Source of the DNA: Parcubacteria group bacterium GW2011_GWA2_45_30
GTDB taxonomy: Bacteria; Patescibacteriota; Minisyncoccia; Sungbacterales; HO2-52-23
Length of the DNA stretch: 32,728 nt
Direction: 5' to 3'
NCBI GenBank assembly: GCA_001001625.1
Contig: LCKU01000002.1
Span: 1 to 32,728 of the forward strand
Positions within the stretch are counted from its first letter, which is position 1, and each line of letters starts with the position of its first letter. A model generated the notes under the pieces. It did not search any database, had not been told where the DNA came from, and worked only from the letters and a program-made list of their open reading frames with translations. A program made the position numbers and the translations under genes. Positions 7,936 through 15,793 of the stretch are shown in pieces.

Positions 7936-8286
7936 TTAAGGAACTAATTTGGTGAACCCTCCATCTTCCGCCATTACGCCAAATTCAGAGGCATGTAAAA
8001 CCCAATCGACTGCGTTATCGGCTTGAATATAAACAGACAGTCCAATATTTTTTCGCGCCCAATACCACAAGAATACGATTCCGTAATGCAACGACACATC
8101 CATGGCCGGCAATAATAATGGACTTTCTTTTGTCCCATCGCCGCTTACAAAATGATTTCCCTGTGATTGCCGTGCGAATGCACTATCGCCGGGTTCCGGA
8201 CGCAAAAAAAATTCTCCCTCACTTTTACTGAAAACATGGATGGGCGGAGCATTTTTCAAGACCTCGCTAAAAATCGGATCAGACAT
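7936..8286 (-). CDS. Hypothetical protein (116 aa)
   Basis: ORF with an ATG start directly upstream of the exonuclease-WYL gene on the same strand. No family recognised. Confidence 0.5.
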   Translation of the reverse strand: MSDPIFSEVLKNAPPIHVFSKSEGEFFLRPEPGDSAFARQSQGNHFVSGDGTKESPLLLPAMDVSLHYGIVFLWYWARKNIGLSVYIQADNAVDWVLHASEFGVMAEDGGFTKLVP

Positions 8287-8374
8287 ATATTTCTACCTCA
8301 CAAGAACTATTCGAAATATAACAAATGGTTAAAAAAATGCAAGAAAAAAAGTAGAGTGTGGCTCCACTTTACAG

Positions 8375-8530
8375 TCATTTAACTTCTCTTAATTCTTTGG
8401 GTATGGGATGCGTCCAGCCCTGTATGGTGCAGCGGTCATAATAAGCGGCCAAGTGCGCCAAGGAACCCCTGCCCTCATTCATATCTTTTTCGAGTTGTCG
8501 ACAAAACAAACTTAACGCACAGCCGCTCAT
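8375..8530 (-). CDS. Possible small protein (51 aa, MSGCALSLFCRQLEKDMNEGRGSLAHLAAYYDRCTIQGWTHPIPKELREVK)
   Basis: Hand-translated ORF below the 60-aa ORF-track cutoff, on the same strand as its neighbours. Composition is non-repetitive and no clear RBS was seen. Confidence 0.25.
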   Translation of the reverse strand: MSGCALSLFCRQLEKDMNEGRGSLAHLAAYYDRCTIQGWTHPIPKELREVK

Positions 8531-8804
8531 GACAACCCCCAAAAAAAATTACTAACGCAATAAAAAATCGTGTCTGCACTTTTTTCTCCCATAATAAATG
8601 TCCTACAAAAATCATAGCAAAACTAAATTGCCTGTCAACAAAAAATGCGCGTTAAGCGCTGCATTGTAAAAACCAGTTTAAGCGAGCTGAGATTTTTAAA
8701 TCGATGCGAGGTAATATACTCTTTCGCGAAATTGTGCAGGCGCACATGCAAATTCACGAAGCGAGGAGGAAGGGAAACCGGGGCTCCGCTCCCAAACTAC
8801 AAGA

Positions 8805-8827
8805 TCCTTCGCTTGGCTCAGGATGAC
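8805..8827 (+). repeat. Copy of the TCCTTCG(AC)TT(C)GCTCAGGAT repeat motif
   Basis: TCCTTCGCTTGGCTCAGGATGAC resembles TCCTTCGACTTCGCTCAGGAT at 19760-19780 and 24096-24116. Confidence 0.6.
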
Positions 8828-8933
8828 TTGCTTTTAAGATACGGAGCAAAAGACAGAGGCGGAGAACACGGTGGGTTTCTTCCGACGAGCGAGTAGAATT
8901 TGTCTGCGACGAAACTCTTGAGCGGAGAGTATA

Positions 8934-10346
8934 TTACCGAGCTGCTTTCACATATTTATCAAAAAACTGAAGCGAGCGCTCGGCGGCGATCTCCCATACG
9001 TCTCCGAATTCATGCCCCTCCCGGGGATACGAAAAAAATTCCGTTACTTTTCCCAGACGCTTTAACTCCTCAAACATTTTTTCGGAAAATGCCATCGGCA
9101 CATCTTTATCGTCCATGCCATGATGCAACTGTGCGGGCGCGGTCACGTCCTTAAAATAGGTAAACGGAGAAATTTTTCTATACGCATCCGCGCCAGCCGG
9201 GCCATACATCTGACGCAACCATAAAACCTCGTCTTTGGACAATTCATAAAAATTATCCTCCGCATCCGCGCTTATAGGCGCGAACAAAACATAGGCACGG
9301 ATCTCCGGCAACCGCACCATAACTCGCGCCGCAATGCCTCCGCCCATGGAATGCCCCCACATGCCAATGCGATTCATATCAATAAGATTAGAATTTAATT
9401 TCTGCAAAGCATCAATAAGATTTACTACATCCTCGGCATATCCTTCATAAAAATCATGATGCCGGGACGGATTGGGAGAGGATGAAGCAAACCCCCGATA
9501 ATCAGGGTGGATTGTAATATAGCCGTGACGCGCAAAAAAATCCTGCTCCCTTTTAGACCCCCTTCCGGAAAAATAAATCTCCGGCCCGATAAGTCCGTGA
9601 TTTAAAATAAGCACGGGAAACCCTTCGTTGGGCTGTACGCCGCGCGGAATATTCATAATGCCGGATATTTTAAAATCATCCGAACTATAAGTTATAGAAA
9701 ACTTTTGGTAGGCGTCGGTTTTTTCAAGCGCCTGCTCAATTTTGAAATCTCCGCCAGCGCGCTTTTTCTCGCGAATTGTTTCAATAAAATATTCTTGTCC
9801 AGGCAACGGAGGGGCATTGCCGATGACAGAAGAGTCGGATGATACTCCGCCTCCCGAAGTACCGGACTTAAAAAACAACTCGCCTTTCCCTAAAATTCTA
9901 GCCTGGCTCCCGATAATAATACGATTTTTTTCGGCAAATCCGGCCGGAATTTCAAGCACCATGTCCGCTTCGGCATCCGGCTTATATACTGGAAGCAAAA
10001 CATCCGCCAAACCGGCTGCGGGCACAGGAACATTGTCTTCCAAGTCAACAACCGTGCCGTTTTTAAGCCAAACAATATCAATAGGAAATTTCATTTCTTT
10101 CATCCAAATCGCCGGGTATCCGGGCGCTTCAAAAAGAAAAAGCATGCCGCTATATTCTACCAGCGAATCCCGGCCCGACAGACCCTGCGCCCTTGTTGCC
10201 GGATCCCGCGCCACTTCAGCAAGTATAGACGTTTCTCCAATTTCTACTCTGGTATATTCCTTTTCAAACTGATAACGGGGCAACATGAAAACCGCGCCGA
10301 GAATCAATGCGCCAATCGCCAATATTGTGATAAAGAGGAAACGCAT
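8934..10346 (-). CDS. Fusion protein: N-terminal TM anchor, DUF192-like domain, and alpha/beta-hydrolase (S9/dienelactone-hydrolase-like) domain
   Basis: An N-terminal hydrophobic helix is followed by AEVARDPATRAQGLSGRDSL..SGMLFLF...IWMKEMKFPIDIVWL...VLEIPAG (DUF192 pattern). Next comes a hydrolase with the nucleophile elbow GHSMGG and a late DD/H region (HHGMDDKDVP ... EGHEF). Confidence 0.65.
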   Translation of the reverse strand: MRFLFITILAIGALILGAVFMLPRYQFEKEYTRVEIGETSILAEVARDPATRAQGLSGRDSLVEYSGMLFLFEAPGYPAIWMKEMKFPIDIVWLKNGTVVDLEDNVPVPAAGLADVLLPVYKPDAEADMVLEIPAGFAEKNRIIIGSQARILGKGELFFKSGTSGGGVSSDSSVIGNAPPLPGQEYFIETIREKKRAGGDFKIEQALEKTDAYQKFSITYSSDDFKISGIMNIPRGVQPNEGFPVLILNHGLIGPEIYFSGRGSKREQDFFARHGYITIHPDYRGFASSSPNPSRHHDFYEGYAEDVVNLIDALQKLNSNLIDMNRIGMWGHSMGGGIAARVMVRLPEIRAYVLFAPISADAEDNFYELSKDEVLWLRQMYGPAGADAYRKISPFTYFKDVTAPAQLHHGMDDKDVPMAFSEKMFEELKRLGKVTEFFSYPREGHEFGDVWEIAAERSLQFFDKYVKAAR

Positions 10347-10361
10347 GTAAGAATTATATCA
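10347..10361 (-). promoter_or_regulatory. Extended -10 (TGATATAAT) placed 6 nt before the ATG; probable leaderless transcript
   Basis: The minus strand reads TGATATAAT-TCTTAC-ATG, with no Shine-Dalgarno sequence possible. Confidence 0.45.
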
Positions 10362-10407
10362 TAGCGCACCTACAATAAAAATAGCCGTGGAATGCGGCAT
10401 TTTTTGC

Positions 10408-10830
10408 TTATGCTTTGTCGCTTATTTCGGCTAATTTCACACGAATTTTTTCGGCTATTTCCTGCGTTTTACGCAAACCATTCTCAAATGACACACGAGA
10501 CACATTCTCTCCCAACACAAAATGTATGGTATTGTTATATGCCGGATGGCTTTTCACCGCGTCCTCGAAATCATCGTTATCGCAGGTGACAAAAAAGCAT
10601 ATATATCCTGAATATTGCTTTTGCCACAAATCGTCAACCGCCTCGAAGAGCTTCCGATCGTCTCTCTGTATTTCCTCGCTGAACAAATCACTTACATAGA
10701 TGTGTTTGGCATTAGGAAAAATGGGAATAACAGCATATTTTAGATGAGTTCTTGATACGCAACGATCATAAAATATCACTAGTGATTTATTATCTTCCAC
10801 GCTACGCGTCTCCAAAAAATAAAAGAACAA
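10408..10830 (-). CDS. Hypothetical protein (about 130-140 aa), start uncertain
   Basis: The ORF has only non-ATG start candidates near its 5' end (TTG 10830, TTG 10815, GTG 10800). No family recognised. Confidence 0.4.
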   Translation of the reverse strand: MFFYFLETRSVEDNKSLVIFYDRCVSRTHLKYAVIPIFPNAKHIYVSDLFSEEIQRDDRKLFEAVDDLWQKQYSGYICFFVTCDNDDFEDAVKSHPAYNNTIHFVLGENVSRVSFENGLRKTQEIAEKIRVKLAEISDKA

Positions 10831-11059
10831 TTCCTATCCTACTCCTATACGAGAAAAAGTAAAACCAACCGTGATTATGCTTCCTTCTGACGGCGCTTCA
10901 TTATTTCACTGACAAGTTCCGAGATTTTTTTCTCCGCCCCTATAGAATCCAAAGAATCCCGCCGGATACGGGCTTTTTCGCGGCGCAAAAACTTGCGGAT
11001 TGAATTCGGCAAACCGAATTTAGCCATAGAAACCACGATACGCACTCATACGCACAAAG

Positions 11060-12007
11060 TCAACATGTTGATGTATTTTTGGAGATCGCTTCATCTAATT
11101 TTAAGACGATATCATCCGTTGGAAATCCATAGGTCTCGTAATCGCCAAGGGTACGCGCGGAATGAAGACCGGATACCGGATCCGCCGGATGATCGCCTTT
11201 TTCATGGAAATCCGAACCGGCAGTACGCAATAAATTATATTTAACCGCCGTGCTCTGCAAAAATTCCATATCATCTTCAGTGTGAGACGGATTAAAAACT
11301 TCAACACCCGCAAGACCCCAGTTGATCAGTTCTTTCAAAAAGTTTTCCAGCGCATCATAATCGGTTTGCGATATTGACGCCGCACCCCGCGTCTCTTTTC
11401 CCCGGAAATGAATCGCCGGATGCGACCAGACCGCTATTCCTCCGGCTCCACGAATTAAAGCAATGGCGTCTTTCGCGGAAATGTGGGTCCTTTTTACGTA
11501 ATTCGGGTTATCATCGGTTAAATATTTTGCAAAAAAATCATGCATGGTTGACGCTGCCCCTAATTTCTCTTTATTTTCCGGACGATTCATTATGGCGCGA
11601 ACCAAATGCGGACGCGCCACCAAGCCGCCCGTGGCTTCTTTCAGAACATCTTCCCATTCCACGACAAATCCTTCGTTCTTTTTTAAATTTTCCAGCATGG
11701 CGCGCGCGCCTTCAATCCTACCCTGCCTGAATTTTTCAAGTTCCTCCAAAAGGCGCTCATTCTTATAATCAACGCCATAGCCCAAAATATGGGCATTGTG
11801 TTCTTCCACCGACATCTCAATTCCAGGAATTACGCGAACCTCCATTTCTCCTCCGGCCATAAGCGCCTCGCTAACGCCGCCTATGGTGTCATGATCCGTA
11901 ATAGCAATTACTTGAAGCCCCAATTCTTGGGCCATCTTAACAATCTCGCGAGGGCTGTGCTTGCCGTCGGAGGCGGTGGATTGAATTTGTAAGTCAAATG
12001 TATTCAT
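11060..12007 (-). CDS. PHP-domain phosphoesterase (TrpH/YciV-like) with motif I changed from HxH to QxQ
   Basis: DLQIQSTASDG...AITDHDTIGG...GIEMSV..HILGYG...WSHP...GSDFH follows the PHP-domain motif order. The first HxH is replaced by QIQ. Confidence 0.7.
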   Translation of the reverse strand: MNTFDLQIQSTASDGKHSPREIVKMAQELGLQVIAITDHDTIGGVSEALMAGGEMEVRVIPGIEMSVEEHNAHILGYGVDYKNERLLEELEKFRQGRIEGARAMLENLKKNEGFVVEWEDVLKEATGGLVARPHLVRAIMNRPENKEKLGAASTMHDFFAKYLTDDNPNYVKRTHISAKDAIALIRGAGGIAVWSHPAIHFRGKETRGAASISQTDYDALENFLKELINWGLAGVEVFNPSHTEDDMEFLQSTAVKYNLLRTAGSDFHEKGDHPADPVSGLHSARTLGDYETYGFPTDDIVLKLDEAISKNTSTC

Positions 12008-12010
12008 TAT

Positions 12011-12078
12011 CTTTACGAAATGCGAATATCCGCGAATTTACGAATTCGTACATTCGTACTGATTGGTATTTCGTAAAG
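12011..12078. repeat. Intergenic hairpin containing a CGAAT repeat cluster and a 12-nt palindrome
   Basis: CTTTACGAAAT (12011-12021) pairs perfectly with ATTTCGTAAAG (12068-12078). Inside are GCGAAT-N4-GCGAAT-N2-ACGAAT and the palindrome TACGAATTCGTA (12039-12050). It fills the spacer between the archease-like stop and the PHP gene start. Confidence 0.75.
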
Positions 12079-12540
12079 TCAAACATCAAATACAAGTATT
12101 GTCTCATACATTCCCGTCGCAGGGTTCTTCTTTATATCCACTTCACTGTCGGAAATCGCTTTTATGTCATTCGCAAATTCTCCAGCTTTAAACCCCGACA
12201 AAGTGCCTTTTAAAAAATTGTCGCCAAAATCCTTAAACGATACCGCATGAAAAAGCGCGCCGTGGATATCGGATTGAGTAAGCGATTCGGATAAAAACTC
12301 AATGAGCAGTGAATTTAAATCAACTGCTTTAACCTCTATTTTCTGGCGAATTGGTTTTTCTTTCTTTTCCGCCTCCAAAATTTCCGGCTTCAAAAACGCA
12401 GCCACGCCGGAAAGCGCGTTCAAAAAAAGATCTTTAACGCTATTCCCCCATACCCGCATTCGGGTTCCGGTATCACCGCCGATTATCTCAAATCTCTGTT
12501 CCATAAGCTCATTATACACCGCCGGATGAAGAGTAAACAT
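12079..12540 (-). CDS. Archease-like protein (divergent)
   Basis: The N-terminal FEIIGGDTGTRMRVWGNSVKDLFLNA and the C-terminal IKAISDSEVDIKKNPATGMYETILVFDV resemble archease termini (FE.L.HTAD...G......LF and .KA.TYH......W.A.V..DV). The canonical HTAD is not conserved. Confidence 0.5.
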   Translation of the reverse strand: MFTLHPAVYNELMEQRFEIIGGDTGTRMRVWGNSVKDLFLNALSGVAAFLKPEILEAEKKEKPIRQKIEVKAVDLNSLLIEFLSESLTQSDIHGALFHAVSFKDFGDNFLKGTLSGFKAGEFANDIKAISDSEVDIKKNPATGMYETILVFDV

Positions 12541-12620
12541 ATCTATCCTATTTGACTAATCCGGGCGGCAGATATATTTTAAATCCAGAAAGGACCTTGA
12601 CAAAATACCCGAGGAATCTC

Positions 12621-14807
12621 ATGAATATGCTGCAATATCTTGATGAAAATGGGCACATAAAAAATCCCGAAGGTTTCAAACGGTTGGGGCTTACGACAGA
12701 CGATATCAAAAAGTGGTATCGCTGGATGCTGACTTTACGCATTTTTGGCGAACACGCCAACCGCGCAGCCGCCCTTGCGGTAGATGACAGCGATCCGCAC
12801 AACAAATTAGTGCCGCTCTATGTGTCGCCGCGCGGACAGGAAGCCGCCCAAATCGCCAGCGCCTATGCTCTGGGAAAAGACGATTGGCTTTTCTGGTATA
12901 TGCGTTCGCACGGCGGACTGCTTGTTAAGGGGATTGATTTGCAGCTCATGTGGAAAATATTTATGGGCATACTAACGCCGGATGATATGCAACATCTGCT
13001 CACGCTCGGGATCATGCCTTACTATATCATAGTAGGCGGACATCTCATGCATGCGGTCGGAAAATCATGGGGAAACAAACTTTCGGGAAAAACAAATGCG
13101 ATCAGTATGGCCTGTTTTGGCGACGGCACAGTAGCAACCGGCAGTTTTCATTCTACGCTTAATTTTTCAGGTATTCATAAAATCCCGACCATACTTTTTT
13201 GTGAAAATAACGGTATAGCGCTTAGTACTCCGAACGAACTGGAGAGCGCTACGCCTATTTTCAAAAAGGCCTTGGCTTATGGCATAACCGGAGAACGGGT
13301 AGATGGTAGGGATCCCTTTGCCGTGTATGACGCTGTAAAACGTCATACCGCCAATGCGCGTCTGACCGGATACCCGGCTCTTATTGAGGCCGTAGTCGAT
13401 CGGCTGGATGACCATACCAGCGCCATGCCGGCAAAAACCAAAGCGTGGGAACAAAAACTGGCAGAAGCGGCACAAAGAGATCCCCTACCTCGATTTAAAA
13501 AATTTTTACAGCACGAAGCGCAAGAATACTTCGGATTTACCTGGACCGAAGAAGATGACGCGAATTTGCGGGATAAGGTTGAAGCCGAGGTTAAATTAGG
13601 CGCCGAAATTGCCTTAGAAAAAAGAAAAGGGATGAGCGGGGCGGCGGTAGTTGCTCAAGAAGAAGTTCAAGCCCGAGAAGAACAAACCGACGAATTATAC
13701 CGCAACCTGGAATCAATATCGTTTGCCCCTCCGGAAATCCCAGATGCTCGGGGAATCACGGCTCTGAATTTTGCCCTGCATGATATTATGCAAACCGATC
13801 CGCGGGTTATAATTTTGGGCGAGGACGTGGCCGCAGTGGGTTCCGTATTCCAGCAAACTTCTCTGCCGGTGAAATTTGTAAAGAAGTATCTGCCCGAACA
13901 AATTGAAAATTTGACTTCGCATTGCCTGCCGCTTCTGAACATTTTTGGAAAAAACAGGGTCATTGATACGCCCCTGGATGAGAATGGAATTGTGGGGTCT
14001 GCCATAGGACTTGTCCTGGCGGGATATCGTCCTATTGTGGAAATTCAATTTGGCGGATTTATCTGGGCGTGTATGGAACAAATCGTCACCCAACTTTCTC
14101 AACTGCGCCATCGTAGCAAATACGTCCTTAAACTGCCCATAGTTATACGCGTACCCTACGGAGGAGGTCCGTGGTTGCCTCATCACCGTGAATTCGAGGC
14201 GCCGGCCCTGGCCAACCTACCGGATTTAATCCTGATGTGTCCTTCAACCGCGCAGGATTGGTATGACATTATGTGGGCTGCCATTGCCTGCGATAAACCA
14301 GTAATTATCTTTGAAGATAAAAATCTGCACCGCGATGATATCCTAAAAGATATTCTACTGCGCCGCCCGCCCCATGTTCAAATTGAAGAAATCGGCATAC
14401 GCGTGGCGCGTCCGGGCACGGATGTAACCCTGGTTTCCTACGGACGACTGGTGTATCAATGCCTGGACATGGCCGAGGTTTTACAAAAAGAAAATATTTC
14501 GGTTGAGGTTCTGGATATGCGACGGCTTGCCCCCCTAGACCAACAAACCCTCATTAAATCGGTCCAGAAGACCGGCCGCATTATGTATATGGGAGAAGAA
14601 CCTAAAGAATATGGATTGGGCGCCGAAGTTATATCTACGGCAGCATTATCCGATACTTATGATTATCTACAGGCGCGTCCAGCGAGAATCGGCCCCGAGC
14701 GCGTAAATCAACCCGATCCTCCGTTTTGGAAATACTACTTTCCGCGAAACGAGGAAATAATTAAAAAAATACGCGGATTAGTAAAATATGAATTTATACA
14801 AAAATAG
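12621..14807 (+). CDS. Fused E1 alpha-beta component of a TPP-dependent 2-oxoacid (pyruvate/branched-chain type) dehydrogenase
   Basis: The N-terminal half carries the TPP motif GDGTVATGSFHSTLNFSGIHKIPTILFCENNG. The C-terminal half is E1-beta-like (ILGEDV...RVIDTPLDENGIVGSAIGLVLAGYRPIVEIQFGGF...). Start placed at ATG 12621, preceded by GAGGA (12611-12615). Confidence 0.8.
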   Translation: MNMLQYLDENGHIKNPEGFKRLGLTTDDIKKWYRWMLTLRIFGEHANRAAALAVDDSDPHNKLVPLYVSPRGQEAAQIASAYALGKDDWLFWYMRSHGGLLVKGIDLQLMWKIFMGILTPDDMQHLLTLGIMPYYIIVGGHLMHAVGKSWGNKLSGKTNAISMACFGDGTVATGSFHSTLNFSGIHKIPTILFCENNGIALSTPNELESATPIFKKALAYGITGERVDGRDPFAVYDAVKRHTANARLTGYPALIEAVVDRLDDHTSAMPAKTKAWEQKLAEAAQRDPLPRFKKFLQHEAQEYFGFTWTEEDDANLRDKVEAEVKLGAEIALEKRKGMSGAAVVAQEEVQAREEQTDELYRNLESISFAPPEIPDARGITALNFALHDIMQTDPRVIILGEDVAAVGSVFQQTSLPVKFVKKYLPEQIENLTSHCLPLLNIFGKNRVIDTPLDENGIVGSAIGLVLAGYRPIVEIQFGGFIWACMEQIVTQLSQLRHRSKYVLKLPIVIRVPYGGGPWLPHHREFEAPALANLPDLILMCPSTAQDWYDIMWAAIACDKPVIIFEDKNLHRDDILKDILLRRPPHVQIEEIGIRVARPGTDVTLVSYGRLVYQCLDMAEVLQKENISVEVLDMRRLAPLDQQTLIKSVQKTGRIMYMGEEPKEYGLGAEVISTAALSDTYDYLQARPARIGPERVNQPDPPFWKYYFPRNEEIIKKIRGLVKYEFIQK

Positions 14808-14836
14808 CTGTTTGGCGTCTGCTAAACAGTTTTTTG
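14808..14836 (+). terminator. Rho-independent terminator after the E1 fusion gene
   Basis: Stem CTGTTTGG/CTAAACAG (one G-U pair) followed by TTTTTT (14830-14835), immediately after the TAG stop. Confidence 0.6.
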
Positions 14837-14840
14837 TTAG

Positions 14841-14869
14841 TTGCATTTTATGATAAATCGTGCTACGCA
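14841..14869 (+). promoter_or_regulatory. Putative promoter of the oxidoreductase operon
   Basis: TTGCAT, then 17 nt ending GTGC, then TACGCA. It shares the TGCTACGC core with the minus-strand promoters at 20777 and 24672. Confidence 0.3.
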
Positions 14870-14943
14870 TAAAAACGTAGACGGTCTTTGAAAAGGCGTA
14901 TGAAGCGGCAATTTAACACAAATTTTCCCGAAAAGAGGGCTCT

Positions 14944-15792
14944 ATGAAGACAATAGTCATGGTAGGCCGAGGCGGTTTGGGAACTATGCGGGCCGCGTTG
15001 ATACTTGTAAACGCGGCCGTAAAAAACGATTTCTTTGGCCAGGCAATGCCGGAATTCGGCGCTGAACGCCGCGGAGCAAAAATTCACTCCTGCGTGCGCA
15101 TATCCGAAAACCCGATATATCAGCGATATAAAATACAAGGCGAGGCCGACATTCTTGTGTGTTTTGAGGGATCCCTGATCAACGCCGGACTTATCAAAGA
15201 TGGGGGCCTACTGGTAACAAATTCTTCGGAGACAAAAGCTACGGCAAAATATAATACGGTTTTTATAAGCGCCGCAAATATTGCTGCGGAGTTGAGAATT
15301 TTATCTCCCGAGGGCTTCCCGCTTGGCAACATGGCGATACTGGGCGCTCTTTTGACCCGACTGCCGGAGGTTCCGCTCGCAACGCTTTTACAAAGCATAA
15401 CAGAAGAATTCGGACCGGATGTTGGCCGTCTTAATGCCGAAGCCGCAAAACGCGGATTTGCCGAAGCGTACTTTGTGGAAAGAGACGCTTCACTGGACGG
15501 CGAAAAAGTAGAAACGGCACACAAGACGCGCCGCCATAGATTTGCGATTTCTTCGGAGTCCACGCTCCAAAATAAAACAGGATCATGGCGGGCTTCAAGG
15601 CCGGTTTTTACAGAAAACTGCACGGATTGCGAAGTATGTGTTTTGTTTTGCCCGGAAAATGCCATTGAAAAAAATTCGGCAGGGAAAATGGAGATTATTT
15701 ACGATTACTGCAAGGGGTGCGATCTTTGCTTTGCCGAATGCCCTTTAAAAAATAAAGGTATTGTAATCGTGCCGGAAAAGGGGAGTAAATAA
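14944..15792 (+). CDS. 2-oxoacid:ferredoxin oxidoreductase gamma subunit fused to delta (2x[4Fe-4S] ferredoxin) subunit
   Basis: The N-terminal gamma-like domain reads GRGGLGTMRAALILVNA...GAERRGA. The C-terminus has two cluster motifs, CTDCEVCVLFCP and CKGCDLCFAECP. Confidence 0.8.
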   Translation: MKTIVMVGRGGLGTMRAALILVNAAVKNDFFGQAMPEFGAERRGAKIHSCVRISENPIYQRYKIQGEADILVCFEGSLINAGLIKDGGLLVTNSSETKATAKYNTVFISAANIAAELRILSPEGFPLGNMAILGALLTRLPEVPLATLLQSITEEFGPDVGRLNAEAAKRGFAEAYFVERDASLDGEKVETAHKTRRHRFAISSESTLQNKTGSWRASRPVFTENCTDCEVCVLFCPENAIEKNSAGKMEIIYDYCKGCDLCFAECPLKNKGIVIVPEKGSK

Positions 15793-15793
15793 C

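Noticed and set aside
8763-8790. RNase P RNA P4-like string GAGGAGGAAGGGAAACCGGGGCUCC
   Set aside because: The invariant GAGGAAAGUCC sequence is not present. No matching 3' P4 strand (ACAGAA.CCGGCUUA-like) or other conserved regions were found nearby.
8645-8896. 83-aa plus-strand ORF
   Set aside because: It contains the translated dispersed repeat (ILRLAQDD). It has no RBS, sits in a hairpin-rich non-coding block, and runs opposite to all neighbouring genes.
9742-10272. 176-aa plus-strand ORF
   Set aside because: It lies entirely antisense to the well-supported DUF192-hydrolase gene. The translation is Ser/Pro/Thr-rich and low-complexity with no motifs, as expected for a shadow ORF.
10905-11027. 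40-aa minus-strand ORF (MAKFGLPNSIRKFLRREKARIRRDSLDSIGAEKKISGTCQ) containing an A7 run; removing one A would extend it to a 50-aa basic helical protein ending ...ELVSEIMKRRQKEA
   Set aside because: It is too short, has no RBS and matches no family I recognise. The frameshift idea rests only on a homopolymer run. It is worth a glance in read data but not supportable as a feature.
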